Source of the DNA: Eledone cirrhosa | Lineage: Eukaryota | DNA: 64,000 nucleotides | Direction of reading: 5' to 3' | NCBI GenBank assembly: GCA_964016885.1 | Contig: OZ024741.1 | Coordinates: forward strand, 47,864,001 to 47,928,000 | Part shown: in pieces, positions 37,658 to 51,578 of the stretch | Position numbering within the stretch: position 1 is the first letter of the stretch | Layout: every line of letters begins with the position of its first letter | Position numbers and translations under genes: made by a program | The notes under the pieces: generated by a model | Told to the model about the DNA's origin: nothing | Databases searched by the model: none | Seen by the model: only the letters and a program-made list of their open reading frames with translations

Positions 37658-39051
37658 GTAGGTTCTATATTTTATTACTGTTTAAATGTACTGCTGTGTT
37701 TTGTTTATTTCTCTATGTGTAGATAATTGAACAAGCAACAGTAATTTATAAATTTCTATTTCAACACAATGAAGTACAATAAACTGTAGAATTATAGAAC
37801 TGAAGTGAGTATATAATAATAATAACACTGAACGTAATTCTGTGGCGACAGAAAGAATTGTGTCCTCCTCAAACCATCAGACTATAGTTCGAACCTGTTG
37901 GATAGAATTGTGTCCCGTTTAGCTGAAGCATAATATATAGGCAAAAACCATGAGCACACTTGAAACACGTGATTGTGATCTGATTGGCTGTTGTTAAATA
38001 ATTAAACAATCACACAGCACTTGTTAGATAACACTCAATATGAGTTCAATACATGACATGCATCCAGTACATGCTGTAAAATGGTTGGTGATAGGAAGAG
38101 TATCCAGTCTTAGACAGCTTGTCAGACAAAGGCTCGCGAGGACCCCTTCAGTCATGTTAGGAAGATGACAGCCTCTCTCGTGTTGGTGACCTACAAGATG
38201 AACACATCCAGTACACACTGTAAAGTGGCTGGTGATAGGAAGGGACTCCAACCGTAGAAAGCTTACCAAACAAAGGGTTGGAAGAACCTCAGTTGTGTCA
38301 AAGATATGACAACCCCTCCTGTGCACCCAATAGGACATGAGACTATACATAAGCAAGTGTTGTTGTTGGAAGTGAGGTATGGTGATGGTGCTGGGGAGAA
38401 TGATGTTGGTGGTGGTAATGGTGGTAGTGTTGGAGGTGGGGGATGATGGTGGTGGTGTGGTGGGGAATGATAGTGGTGGTGCTGGTGAGAATGATGTTGG
38501 TGGTGGTATTGGTGGTGGTGTTGTTGTTGAAAGTGAGGTATGGTGGTGGTGCTGGGGAGAATGATGGTAGTGTTGGAGGTGGGGGATGATGATGGTGGTG
38601 TGGTGGTGGTATTGGTGGTGGTGGTGGTACTGGTGAGAATGATGTTGGTGGTGGTAATGGTGGTAGTGTTGAAGGTGGGGGATGATGATGGTGGTATGGT
38701 GGTGGTATTGGTGGTGGTGGTGTTGTTGTTGGAAGTGGGGTATGGTGGTGGTGCTGGGGAGAATGATGGTGGTGGTGGTGCAAGATGATGATGACGATGA
38801 AGATGATTCATATCATCATCATCATCATTTAATGTCCATTTTTCCACGATGGCATGGGTTGGATGGGTTGCCACAGATCAAGTTAGTACTCAATCGGAGG
38901 CATCATCCTTCCAGACTCTTGTTTAAGGGACAGCCTCTTGTTCAAGTACTTTCCTGTTTTGATATGGTTTCTACATCTAGATGCCCTTCCTGTCATATAT
39001 TCCTTATGTAAGCAACAGATATGACTTGATTTAATCTTTTTTTTTTTGCAG

Positions 39052-39243
39052 ATACATTACATAACAAAAGTGTACAGAAGACTTTACTGTTAGCTGCTTG
39101 TATAGGAGGTCATTTGGAAGCAGTGAAATTCTGGTCAGTGTTTTATAAACTACCAAGTTCACAGCAATCAGCTGGTTCTTCAGAATCTTCTAGTATCTCT
39201 ATAAACCAAAATGAAATGGACCCACTCTACATAGCATGTAAAG
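39052..39243 (+). CDS. Host ANK-LRR gene exon (ankyrin repeats)
   Basis: Poly-T/cag acceptor; TLLLAACIGGHLEAVKFW..DPLYIACK; phase 1 to 1. Confidence 0.85.
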
Positions 39244-39593
39244 GTTTGTATTATTTTGTTTATATTGGCAGAATCATTAGAACATAAGAAGAAATACTTG
39301 GCAATATTTTTATGGTTCTTTATGTTCTGAGTTCAAATCCTAGATCAACTTTGCCTTTAATCTTCTTCTAAGACCAATAAAAGAAAGAACCAGTGAAGTA
39401 CTGTCATCAATGCTGTCAACACCCCTTTTCTTCACACTGCTGGCCTTGTGCATAAATTAGAAACCATTCTATCAATATGCTCAACAAGAGCAGTTCTGGT
39501 GCCTAAACAACACAACAGGTTGATCTGCTCAATCAAGACAGACCTAGGGCTAAACAATATTATAAACCAAACTCCATTATTTCAGATTCTAAG

Positions 39594-39785
39594 GCGGTGG
39601 ATTGGCAGTATTGGTAGAGGGTTGGACACCATGCTTTGACGCATAGAGTTACGGCCCTTGCCATTCTGAGTTCAAATCCCGCCGAGGTTAACTTTCCCTT
39701 TCATCCTTACGGGATCGATAAAATAAAGTACCAGTAATACACTGGGTAATTGCTGGCCTTGTGCCTAACGTAGAAACAATTATTT
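39594..39785 (+). mobile_element. Meta-domain-like SINE with 18-bp target-site duplication
   Basis: attatttcagattctaag at 39576-39593 and 39779-39796. Confidence 0.88.
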
Positions 39786-40625
39786 CAGATTCTAAGAACA
39801 TTACTGTTATCAAATTGAGTTGTTTTTTTGGTCACCACACTAGATGGGTTTGGTAAGTCAACTTACAATATTGACTTCAGCAAGAACTTGTGGTAGTACT
39901 GATGCTATGATAAAATGCACCCAGTGTACTCTGTAAAGACATAGTGCTGGTATCATGATAAAATATACTCTGTAAAGATGTGGTGTTGATGCTATGATAA
40001 AATGCACCCATTGAAACCATGGAAAATAGATGTAAAGTGATGATGGTAATGATGACGGTGGTGATGATAGTGAGTGTGATGGTGATTAACACTTGAGCAT
40101 TTAAACCAGCTGTATCCGGCCAGAATTCTCTCACTGCTCTCTGTTTAAGCCTTTAGCATTTACATTACTCTATATTTACTATTATATGTTTGTGGTAAAG
40201 GCTTTATTTTACATAATATCGAATTTATAAGATTTTTATGTTATTTATTTTGAGAACAATACCTTATCATCAGTATGAGCAGCCAGTTATGGCTGGTTTG
40301 AACAGAAAGAGGTGAGAGAATTCTGGACAGATATGGCTGGTTTAAATACCAAAGAGTTAAACTGGCTGCTCATACTGACATTAAGGTATTGTTCTCAAAA
40401 TAAATAATATCAAAATCTCATAGAATCGCTATTATGTGAGGTAAAGCCTTTACCGTGAAACTACAATAATAAATATAGAGTAATGTAAATGCTAAAGGGT
40501 TAAATCACACCATTGGCACCATCCTTGTAATTACACAAAAAATCAGACTTTAGAAATGTTTTACTCTACTTTTCTTACTCAGTTGTTAATCTCAATCAGT
40601 TATTTTGTTTTAATTTCACAAACAG

Positions 40626-40753
40626 AAAGACATATAAAGGTTGTGAAATATTTGTCTGAAAATGGTTACAAACTAACTGAGATGATTTGCCAGCAGTTTC
40701 CTGATGTCATTGCAGAAACATTTCTTGAAGAGCATATTAACAGAGAAGAAACG
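40626..40753 (+). CDS. Host ANK-LRR gene exon (end of ankyrin region)
   Basis: ERHIKVVKYLSENG completes the PLYIACK ankyrin repeat; phase 1 to 0. Confidence 0.82.
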
Positions 40754-40801
40754 GTATCTAATCTAATTTTTATATTTCTTCCAATCATTCTTTCCCATCT
40801 C

Positions 40802-42808
40802 TCATCATCATCATCATCATCGTTTAACGTCCATATTCCACGCTTGCATGGGTTTGGACGGAAGTTTTCCCACTTGAGGCAAGAGTGGTTGTCTCGCTCG
40901 CATAGGACTGTCTGGCGGGTTTTCTACGGCTGGATGCCCTTCCTAACACCAACCACATTTACAGTGTGGAACTGGGAGGTTTTTACTGTGTTACCTACAC
41001 GGCCACATTACAGTGTGGACTGTGTGTTTTTTTGTCGTGACACCTACACGACCTCATTTGTTTCGGCCTGGATGTTGTGGTACCAACATAACTTTACATT
41101 GAAAGGGGCGGTGTGGATGGGGTGGGGGTAGTGGGACGGGGGTGTATTTTGTTAGAGGTGCCTACTGACTGTAGTAGGTTTTACTTTGTATTTAGGTAAG
41201 GCGGGTCTTCTCTATTACTGAGTACCGCCAAAGATCTTGGTCCAGTGACATTGTCTTGGAGAGGTGTAAGTGTGTGAGGTCGGAATTTATCAAGTCATCC
41301 CAGGTTTTTCTGGGTCTGCCTACTCCGTGGCTACCGTCTATTTTTATTGCCCTGCACTTTTTTATACAGCTGTCGTCTTTCATGCGCATCACATGACCAT
41401 ACCAACGTAGCCGTCTCTCGAGTAAACAACATCTGATCCCTCTTATTTCTAATTTTTCCCTTAGTTAGTTCGTTAATGCTTTGCCGTTCACGTATATTAC
41501 TATTACACATCCAGCGGAGCATGCAAGCTTCGTTCCTCTCTAGTCTGCGTATATCCTCTGCACACAATGCCCAGGTCTCACTGCCATGCAACATTGCTGT
41601 TCGTATGCAGGCATCATACAGCCTGCCTTTCATTTTTAGGGAGAACCATTTAGTGGCTAATAGTGGTATAAGCTCTCTGAACTTTTTCCATCCAGTTCTG
41701 ACTCTAGCTACTGTACTTTCAGAGCACCCTCCCCCACTGCTGATTTTGTCACCCAGGTAACGGAAGCTGTCCACTATTTCTATAGAACCCTCTGTGTAAT
41801 TGAAAGAGCTAGTATTTTGTGGGCACTTACTGCTACTTATTGCACCAGAGCACCGGCCACATGTAAAATCTATGTTCTTAGTTAGCTTACCTGTGATCCC
41901 ACTACATCTTTTATGCACCCATACTTTGCATTTAGGACATAAAATGGAGTTTCTACCTACGCCTTTCCTACACACTGAGCATGGCCATTTCCCGGATGGG
42001 ATCGGCGCCCTATTTTCCTTCCTACAAACTAGAACTTTAGTCTTAGCCAGGTTAATTTTAAGGCCTTTTGATTCTAGGCCGTGCTTCCATGTTTGGAATT
42101 TCTTCTCTAGTTCGGCCATTGATTCAGCTATGAGCGTTAGATCATCTGCATATAGGACTCTGTCGAAGGCTTTCTCCAAGTCGACAAAAGCTAAGTATAG
42201 GGGTTTACTTTTAGCTAGGTACTTCTCCTGTAGTTGTCGTACAATGAAAAGAGCGTCTGTGGTACTTTTTCCTGACACAAACCCGAATTGCATTTCATCT
42301 AGATCAATTCGCTCTCTGATTAGTTGCGCTATTACTTTTTCCGTGACCTTCATGACCTGGTCGATTAATTTAATGCCTCTATAGTTATTCCTACCTAGGG
42401 CATCTCCTTTACCCTTGTAGCAGTTAATAATGATGCTGCTACGCCAGTCCTTCGGAACGACCCCATTCTGTATGACTTGGTTTACTATCCGGGTGACCAT
42501 GGTGTGTCCCACCGTTCCAGAGGCTTTCAGCATCTCAGCAACTATTTCCGAAGGCCCAGCCGCCTTACCCGTCTTCATATCTTTGATTGCCTTACTTATT
42601 ATACTACCTTCGACTAACACTGCTGGTCCCTCTATTGGGTCGATGTGGGGGAGACTGTCTTTCTCCCATTTATTCTCCTCATTTAGTAGCCTTTCGTAGT
42701 GACACTTCCAAGCTACCTTCTTATCAGCGTCAGTGATGGCAAGTACACCATCATCTTTAAGTACACACTTCTCCCCAACAATATCACGGTTTTCCTTGAC
42801 ACATTGCC
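40802..42808 (-). mobile_element. 5'-truncated RTE LINE with internal 237-bp deletion
   Basis: ORF 41331-42848 is highly similar to the intact ORF but joins FDRV directly to LYADD; possible TSD ctctca. Confidence 0.92.
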
Positions 42809-43329
42809 TCTCACTTAAACTTATTTGTTTTTTTCTATATAAAACCAAATGAACAAGGTATTCTATGACTGCATCACATTAAAAATTGAAGTCTTTAGTT
42901 TAGTTTATTGCAAATTTTGTTGCTGTCAAGATCTCAGGTGTACTCAGATCCCATACTGCTGAGCTCCTCCGCAAGATCAGAATGTCAGCAGCTCATCTGA
43001 GGAAGGAGCCATTGTCCATGGAAACACTTTTGTAGTCTTATCCGCGGGGTGCAGCCCCAACACTGCTGTGCTCTAGGCCCAGAGCCCATCCCCTTCCCTC
43101 TCCCTTTCTTCTGTGGCTCTAGAGTCCTTGCTTTCCCCCTCCTTTTCCTCTCATGTCTTTCATAGTTCTTCCCTCTACTTTCCCATACAGCTAAATCACC
43201 CTTCCTTACTCCTTACAGAAAGGTATATCTGCCAATTAGTAATGATACTGTAAACATTTCAATTAACAAAATCGTTTATATTTTCTGTTAACTCATTATA
43301 CGATGTTAAGAGTTAATTAACAGCCATGT

Positions 43330-43850
43330 CTAGCCGATGTTAACTTTGCCTTTCATCTTTTCGGGGTCGATAAAATAAAGTACCAGTAATGCACTGGGAT
43401 AATTGCTGGCCTTATGCCAAAAGTAGAAACAATAATTTTTAGCATAATGTGTGGGTGGATTGGCAGTATCGGTAGTGGGTGAGATGCCCTGCTTTGCAGC
43501 AGAGTTATGGCCCTTTATGGTCTGAGTTCAACTCCCGCCGAGGTTAACTTTGCTTTTCGCCCTTATGGGGTCGATAAAATAAAGTAACAGTAATGTACTG
43601 GGTAATTGCTGGCCTTGTGCCAAAAGTAGAAACAATTAATTTTAGCATAATGTGTGGGTGGATTGGCAGTATTGGTAGTGAGTCAGATGCCCTGCTTTGC
43701 AGCATAGTTATGGCCCTTTACAGTCTGAGTTCAAATCCTGCCGAGGTTAACTTTCTTTCATCCTTATGGGGTCGATAAAATAAAGTACCAGTAATGTACT
43801 GGGATAATTGCTGGCCTTGTGCCAGAAGTAGAAACAATTATTTTTATCAT
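43330..43850 (+). repeat. Head-to-tail trimer of the Meta-domain-like SINE
   Basis: ~198-bp period with a repeated linker ttttagcataatgtgtgggtggattggcag. Confidence 0.85.
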
Positions 43851-44269
43851 AATTAATGTATTTAATCTAATATTGCAATTTTTCATTATGATCTGTCCAC
43901 TAGCAAAGATACTACAAACATTTGAGTTAACAAACCTGTTTTTAGATAGATTTTTCTGAATCATTACAGGATTTAAGAGTTAAGATGGTGTATGTGTGTT
44001 TAGAGGTTTGTTTGTACTTGTGGCAGTGGCTGTGAGGGTTAGAGTTAGCTGTGGCAATCAGCAATGCCCTTCACATGTCCAAGTGGTTAATATTCTTAGT
44101 ATGTATTGGTTATATTTTCTCATACATGCCTAAAAAGTCCACATGTGTCAGTGTGTAGTAAATGCAAGATGGTGATGAAGAAGATGACAGTTGTAGCTAC
44201 ATCACTGGGTTGTGAGACTTTTTTAGGGAGTTAACAGTGACACCCATTGTTCCATTTCCCTTAGTAGTT

Positions 44270-44650
44270 TACAGCTGTTAACCTGGGTTTGCTTATTTGT
44301 CTGGCAGGATCCTGCTTCTATCGCAATTAACCATCATATCTGGTGGCTGAATCGCTATCCGCCACATGCGACACATTCAAGGTGAGTAAAGGCCACCTTT
44401 AAAAAGGCCTAGTCTTCGCAGGTCGGAGAAAAATACCAAATTATTGATTGTCATGAATGAAACCACCAAAACACTGCATTATGGGATGGAAGCTCAAAGG
44501 TTATGTATCCAGAAACCCCATAAAAGGTCCAGAAGGGAGCAAACCTTAACAATTAGTAAATGGAATGTTACAACCTTTACAGGCATGAGGAACTAATGGA
44601 GAAGGCTAGATATTACCAGCTAGATATAATCGAGGTTTCCTCAACAATGT
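44270..44650 (+). mobile_element. Decayed LINE 5' end / APE N-terminus remnant
   Basis: Broken translation WNVTT..YQLDIIEVSST resembles the start of an APE domain. Confidence 0.4.
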
Positions 44651-44909
44651 TCTGTGACTCTGATAAATACGAATCAACCTGTAAATTGAAAAAATTATGT
44701 GGTTGGTTGGATAATATACACGTCTTCTGATGAATGTCAAATAAGATCTGAAAATCGATTGTAGATGTTTATCATTTTTTCAATTTACAAGGAAATTCAT
44801 ATTTGCTTGCATGTTTTTGTGCCTACATATTAGATAAGTGTATATATTTATACATGTTGGTGCAATCTCAGTTACACAGATTTTATACAGATTTAAATTT
44901 ATTATATAT

Positions 44910-45705
44910 CATCATCGTCATTATCACTGTTTTACACCCATTTTTCTACTCAAGCATGGGTTAGACGAGTTTTCATGTTTGAGACAGATCAGATGACCGT
45001 GTCTTACTCATACAGAACTGATTTTGGCTTGGTTTCTATGGCTGAATGCCATTCCTAATGCCAACGATATATACAGTGTGGGTTGGGTGCTTTTTATCGT
45101 GGCATTAAAACAACCACTTTACAGTGTGGGCTTGGTTCTTTTTGTCATGTCACTAACATAACTACTTTATAATGTGGACTGGGCGATTTTTGTTGTGGCA
45201 CCAATGCCCACATGTAAAACCTACATTCTTTGCTAGCCTGCCTGAGATCCTGCTACATCTCTTGTGTACCCACAGTTTACAATTTGGACAGATGATGGAA
45301 TTTCTACTCAACCCCTTTACTACACACTGAGCAGGGCCATTACCCAGAAGGGATCAGGGCCTTGTTTTCCTCACTACTTACTAGAACTTTGGTCTTTGCC
45401 AAGTTGACCTTTTGCTTCTAGATTATGCTTTCAGGTCACACATTTTTTCTTTAGTTCTGCCATAGATTCAACTACGAGAGTTAAATCATCAACACACAGG
45501 AGTTCCCAAGGGCATCCTGTTATAAACTCTTCTGTTATAGCTTGGAGGACAATAATAAACAGGAGAGGACTAAGGACAGAGCCCTGGTAGCTCCAACTTG
45601 CACACTAAACTCCTCACTACAGTCATTATTAATTTTAACCTTGCTGACTGCACCCCTGTACATGGCTTGTACTGCCTTCACAAGCCACTTGTCCACCCTT
45701 ATATC
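44910..45705 (-). mobile_element. Decayed RTE fragment joined to a SINE-type 3' module
   Basis: VDKWLVKAVQAMYRGAVSKVKIN; PHD remnant at 45210-45340; 41-bp units at 45060-45200. Confidence 0.75.
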
Positions 45706-46345
45706 TGTACCATATTTGTGCCATGCCTGTGTCACATATGTACCATGCCTGTGTCACATATGTACCATGTCTGTGTCACATATGTACCATGTCCGTGTTA
45801 CATGTACCATGTCTGTGTCACATGTACCATGCAAGGTCACATCTATCATGACTGTGTCACATATACCATGGAAGTGTCACATGTGCCATGCATGTGTTAC
45901 ATGTACCATACCTGTGTCACATGTACCATGCCTGTGTTACAATTACCACGCCTATGTCACATGTACCATGCATGTCACATGTACCATGCGTGTGTCACAT
46001 GTACCATGTCTATGTCACATATGTACCATGCCAGTGTCACATATATATATCATGTCTGTGTCACATGTACCATGCCTATGTCACATATGTACTATGCCAG
46101 TGTCACATATATACCTTGTCTGTGTCACATATAATATACCATATCTGTACCATACTTCTGCCATGCCAGTGTCTGTGTTACATATGTACCATGCCTGTAC
46201 CATGCCAGCATCACATATGTACCACGTCTATACCATACTGGTGCCATGCCAGTGTTACATATGTACCATGCCTCTACGATACTGGAGCCATGTGTGTGTC
46301 ACATATGTAACATGCCTGTACCATACTGGTGCCATGCCTGTATCA
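45705..46345. repeat. 20-22-bp minisatellite (gtgtcacatatgtaccatgcct)n
   Basis: Directly visible tandem array. Confidence 0.9.
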
Positions 46346-46430
46346 TGCGTTCATCTATTTCTTTATTTCTGTTTAAATTTGGTTTTATTATATTATATTT
46401 GTTTTCTCTATTCTTTCTGCCAACTTCTAG

Positions 46431-46651
46431 GAGACATTAATAACCTGGATAAATGTTGGTCTCCCACTGCTGAAGAACGACTGGTTGAAGGCTGACTTAC
46501 AAAACATCACCTACTTAAATGTGGCTCAGAATAAACTATACACTCTTCCCAATTCAATACCATGGGAAATGGAGAATATAGTTACCCTGAATGTTTCCAG
46601 CAATTACTTCAATGAATTTCCACAAGCAACAGGGAACATTTCTTGTAAAAA
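46431..46651 (+). CDS. Host ANK-LRR gene exon (first LRRs)
   Basis: ttctag / gtgagc borders; NITYLNVAQNKLYTLPNSIPW..NIVTLNVSSNYFNEFP; phase 0 to 2. Confidence 0.85.
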
Positions 46652-48109
46652 GTGAGCAATTTCGATTTATCTCCTTCTTGCTCTTGTTCAATGAGGCCAT
46701 CCTAAGCCAGCAATCCCAAATCATTTTCCCTCAGTCTACATACATACATACATAATCATCATCATCATCATCATTTAACGTCCATTTTCCAACGCTATCA
46801 TGGGTTAGACGAGCTGTTCTGTTGTGAGACAACCAGGTCAGTGTTTTGCTCATACAGAACTGATTTTGACTTGGTTTCTACATCTGGATGCCCTTCCTAA
46901 CACCAACCACATTTACAGTGTGTACTGGGCAGTTTTTATTGTGACACCTACACAACCACTTTAAAGTGTGGGCTGGGCATACATACCCACCTACCCATCC
47001 ATCTATCCACCCATCAAACTCTGTGTATAAACCAAAGCTAATAAACACGTTATGTTTAGATCGCTCAGTTTTGAAATTTTCATGAGTTGAGAATATATTT
47101 ATGAAATTTTGATATTTTGATATTTAACACTTTAGCATTTACATTCCTCCATATTTATTATTATATTTTCATGGTAAAGTCTTTACCTCACATAATTATC
47201 TCACATAGTATGGAATCTATGAGATTTTTATGTTATTTATTTTGAGAACAATACTTTTAACATCAGTATGAGTGACTGGTTAAAGCCGGTTTGAACAGAA
47301 AGTGATGAGAGAATTCTGGCCGGATACAGCTGGTTTAAATGCTAATGGGTTAAAATATTACAAATGTCGATGAGAGTATAGTTTTTGTTTCACATCTCCA
47401 TTACATAATGATTTTATTACCATTTAATCTGTTTTATAAAGTTTCAACAAGTTTCACGAATTTCTGTTTACTACCAACCATTCACATGCTGGGAGTAATT
47501 GAGAGCAAGAGATTGAATAAGAGAGCATTGTATAGGGATACATAGAATAGAAGTGAGAGGGAGAGAGAAAAAGAGAGAGCAAGAGAGAGAGAGAGCACGA
47601 GCAATAAAATATGTCAGAAATAAGCTTGAAAGAAAAAGTATAATAAAGTCACGGAGAAAAACAGTCGACGTGTGTATGCATGTGTATGCGTGTGTATGTA
47701 TGCATGCGTGTGTGTGTGTGTTCATGTCTGTGCGTGCAAACTTAGGGGATATTTATGTATTAAAAAGTTTAAAGTATAAAAATTTGTTGGAAATATTTTC
47801 AAGGGAATGTATAAATAACACTCATGGTGGTGTAGTAAATGTAGAAAAACATTGTTTCATCGTAAAATATGCACTCCAGATATTATAGCACCTTATTTAC
47901 TGGCAAAATATTGACCTCGAATATAAGCCACATTTACCATCGACTTTTCTTTTTGTCACATATTCTCATCTTATATACAAGTATATACGGTAAATCATGA
48001 AAATTACATTTCTGCAAAATTTCAATAAAAAATTATTAAGAAAGTTATGAGGAAACAAAGTCCGTGTGTCTCTGTCATACCATGGATATATAAGATGGAG
48101 TTGTAGCAG

Positions 48110-48905
48110 TACCATTGTCATATAGAGTGTTTAGACTCAATGGAGTCCATTATTATAGAGGGTGTTTAGACTTGGAGGAGTCCATTGTTATATAGGCTAT
48201 TTAGACTTGGTGGAGTCCATTGTTATATAGGGTGTTGAAACTTGGTGGAGTCCATTGTTATACAAGGTATTTAATCCATTAGCATTTACATTACTCTATA
48301 TTTACTATTGTATTTTCACAGTAAACACCTCATCTCACATAATATGAAATCTACCAGATTTTGATATTATTTATTTTGAGAACAATACCTTAACATAAGT
48401 ATGAGTAGCTGGTTATGGCTGGTTTGAACAAAAAGAAGTGAGCGAATTCTGGCTGGATACTGCCGGTTAAAATGCTAAAGGGTTAAACTTGGTGGTGTCC
48501 ATTGTTATATAGGGTATAACAAAATACTGGTGTGTATGAATATAACAAGAGACGTGGTTTGTGTGTATAATATTTAATTAACAATTTGTGGATATAAAGA
48601 ACAGTATAGTTGACATGTCAATGAAGAGATGAAAGAATGAAGCAAAGTTATTAGTTACCGTTTGGTTGCCAGGTGAACGCGCCTGGCCGCAGACACCTGG
48701 CCGAAGGCCAGGAGCCGAAAGGGCAAAAGAGAGATAGGGAGCTGAAAGTTATTCCCTTTATAAGGTTGGAATGGAAGTTACAGAAAGGGTTCTACTTCCT
48801 ATCTAGAGAGCATTAATCTATTGGTGATGTGAGTGTCACAACAAGGGAGGCAACTCCTGCTACAAGGGTATATAAACTTGGTATAGTCCATTGTTATATA
48901 GGGTG
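48110..48905. repeat. 35-bp minisatellite (gagtccattgttatatagggtgtttagacttggtg) split by a MITE and a solo LTR
   Basis: Units at 48110-48270, 48487-48514 and 48865-48905. Confidence 0.8.
48515..48864 (-). mobile_element. Probable solo LTR
   Basis: Minus strand runs TGTAGC...GTTATA; AGGG duplicated on both sides; TATAAA precedes ATTAAA on the minus strand. Confidence 0.6.
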
Positions 48906-49121
48906 GAACACAACTGATTTCTTCCAGAGAGAGAGAAGTAAGAAAGAGATATGGAGGAATAATCAACTCTTGTATTAAACTGGTACTTTATTTATTGACC
49001 ATGAAAGGATGAAAGACTAAGTTGACCTCAACAGGATTTGAAATCAGAGTGCAAAAAACCTGAACAAATACCACAGTGTTCTATTCTGACATTCTAACAA
49101 GTCGTTAACTTTATCAACTTA

Positions 49122-49701
49122 CTAGCAGTGGTACCCGGCGTTGTACGGGATAAGGTATTTTGCAACGCAGGCCGCCAATAGACCTAAAAACTGCATGCCT
49201 GGACAATATGTAAAGAAAATAAACCGAATACTCTGTTGGCTGAATAATCTTTAAGATTTTCCTCGATGAAGCAGGAAAAATGCAGGTTTTCACTTAATGC
49301 GGGCCCTAGGGGATCAAGAAAATGAATTTTTTTTATGTGCATATGCCTTGAAATTTCGAGAAAATCAAGAAAGTTTCGAGAAAAAAGCCCTAAAAAGCTG
49401 AAAAAAATGAAGTTTTTCACCTAATGCGGGCCCTAGGCCATAAGAAAGTTGGATTTTCTTTGCTTACGGTATGAAGAAGAGACTGACTAATACATAGTTA
49501 CAATTCAAGGAAATCAGTCTGATGTAACGCCTCAAAAACCCCCTAAAAATGTTAAACAGCGCAGTTTTTCACCTAATGCGGGCCCTAGGAGATAAAAAAA
49601 GTTGAATTTTTTATGTGCATAACACTCCCTGAAACATAAGTAATACACATGTAAAGTTTGAAAAAAATCGGTTGGGTACTTCTCGAGTTTTAGGGATTCA
49701 A

Positions 49702-49732
<31 letters not shown>

Positions 49733-50034
49733 TCCTCAAGGAAGTGACGTAATGCAGACAGCAGACATACAGACAGATATTATAAGGGCGCGACGTTATA
49801 AGTATGTATCTATCTAAAAAGAGAAAGACTAAGAATTATAGAGCGAGATCGCTAAATCGCCTAATGTGGTCCCTGGGGCATAGAAAATTTTAAATTTTTT
49901 TTGCTCAAAACACTCCCTGAAACATAAGTATTACATGTGTAAAGTTTGAAAACAGTCGGTTGGGGGGTTCTCGAGTTTTAGGGATTTGAACTCACACACA
50001 CACAGACAGACATCCTCAGTTTTATATATTTAGA
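49122..50034 (-). mobile_element. Non-autonomous Helitron
   Basis: Minus strand 5' A|TC and 3' CTAG|T preceded by a cccg..cggg hairpin; internal repeats (cacctaatgcgggccctagg) and (CA/CAGA)n. Confidence 0.75.
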
Positions 50035-50195
50035 TGGTTGTCATGTGGAACACTAAACTGTAATATGATTGAATTGAAGTTATATAGTTTACTGTAACTA
50101 AATTCACAATATAACCTAATTTGACTTGCCTCACCTAGTATTATAGTAACTATCTTTTATCTCTCTTCTTTCCTTTTGCTTCTAAAATATTTCAG

Positions 50196-50329
50196 GCTTG
50201 AAGAAATAAATGTGTCACATAACCAGTTGAAATTCTTATGCTGCAATATATTTGAGTTGCCTTTCCTACAGAACTTAAATGCTTCTTATAATCAACTTGT
50301 GTTTGTGACCGCCAATGAAAATGAGAAAA
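50196..50329 (+). CDS. Host ANK-LRR gene exon (LRR)
   Basis: KLEEINVSHNQLKFL..IFELPFLQNLNASYNQL; phase 2 to 1. Confidence 0.87.
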
Positions 50330-50534
50330 GTTAAGTGTTGTTTATTACAGTAACTGTCAATCTCTCTTTTATATATTAGTATACTAATACTAAAGTTTTA
50401 AAAAATGTCTGTGCTTGACCATATCTTAACTTATAACCACTTCTTACATATAATTTCTATAAGTTATAGTTATATACATTGTATATAAGTCTAATTTATA
50501 TGTAAGGTATGAAAGGTATACTTACAATGTATAG

Positions 50535-51310
50535 CCATGTTTAAGCTTAGGATCTTATCTTAACTTACTGACATATCTTAACTTAAGACCATATCCTAGT
50601 TTATGACTATATCTTTACTTAGACATATCTTAACTTATGATCATATCTTACAAAGATATCTTAACTTACAGACATATCTTAACTTATGGCCATATCTTAA
50701 TTTACAGACATATCTTAACTTACAGACATCTCTTAACTTATGACCATATCCTAGTTTAGGACTATATCTTAACTTATGATCATATCTTAACTTACAAACA
50801 TATCTTAACTTAGACATATCTTAATTTTCAGACACATCTTAATTTTCAGACACATCTTAATTTACAGACATATCTTAACTTATAGACATATCTTAACTTA
50901 TGACCATATCTTAATTTACAGACATATCTTAATTTATGATAATATCCTAGTTTATGACCATATATCAACTTTCAAACATATCTTAACTGATGACCATATC
51001 TTATGGACATAACTTATGACCAACCATATCCTAGTTTATGATCATATCTTAACTTACAGACATATCTTAACTTATGGCCATATCTTAATTTACAGATATA
51101 TCTTAACTTACAGACGCATCGCAACTTACAGACATATCTCAACTTACAGACATATCTTAACTTACAGACATATCTTAACTTATGACCATATCCGAGTTTA
51201 TGACTATATCTTTACTTAATGGTTTAGACATATCTTAACTTATGATCATATCTTAACTTACAGACATATCTTAACTTATCACCATATCTTAGTTTATGAT
51301 CATATTTGAA
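50535..51310. repeat. 18-bp minisatellite (acagacatatcttaactt)n
   Basis: Directly visible tandem array filling most of the intron. Confidence 0.9.
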
Positions 51311-51383
51311 CTCACAGCTAACCACAATAAATCAGCTATCTTCTAGCGATGTACTAAATGGCACATTTTAATTTTTTCTTCAG

Positions 51384-51553
51384 CAATGTATGAAGATATT
51401 TCTTGGAACTGTGGCAACCTTCGCTATTTGAATTTATCCTACAATACACTACAACGGTTTCCTCTTGTCTTGTATCATTGTACAAGCTTGATATCTCTTA
51501 ACTTTAGATATAACCAACTCATCGATATGTTGTTACCTTGGTCCTGTCCTCTT
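51384..51553 (+). CDS. Host ANK-LRR gene exon (LRR)
   Basis: WNCGNLRYLNLSYNTLQRFP..SLISLNFRYNQL..WSCPL; gtaagc donor; phase 1 to 0. Confidence 0.87.
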
Positions 51554-51578
51554 GTAAGCACCATTTTAATTCTCTGTG

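Noticed and set aside
45542-46495. Cys/His-rich 317-aa ORF resembling a metal-binding protein
   Set aside because: Translation of the minisatellite; the real exon (46431-46651) uses another frame.
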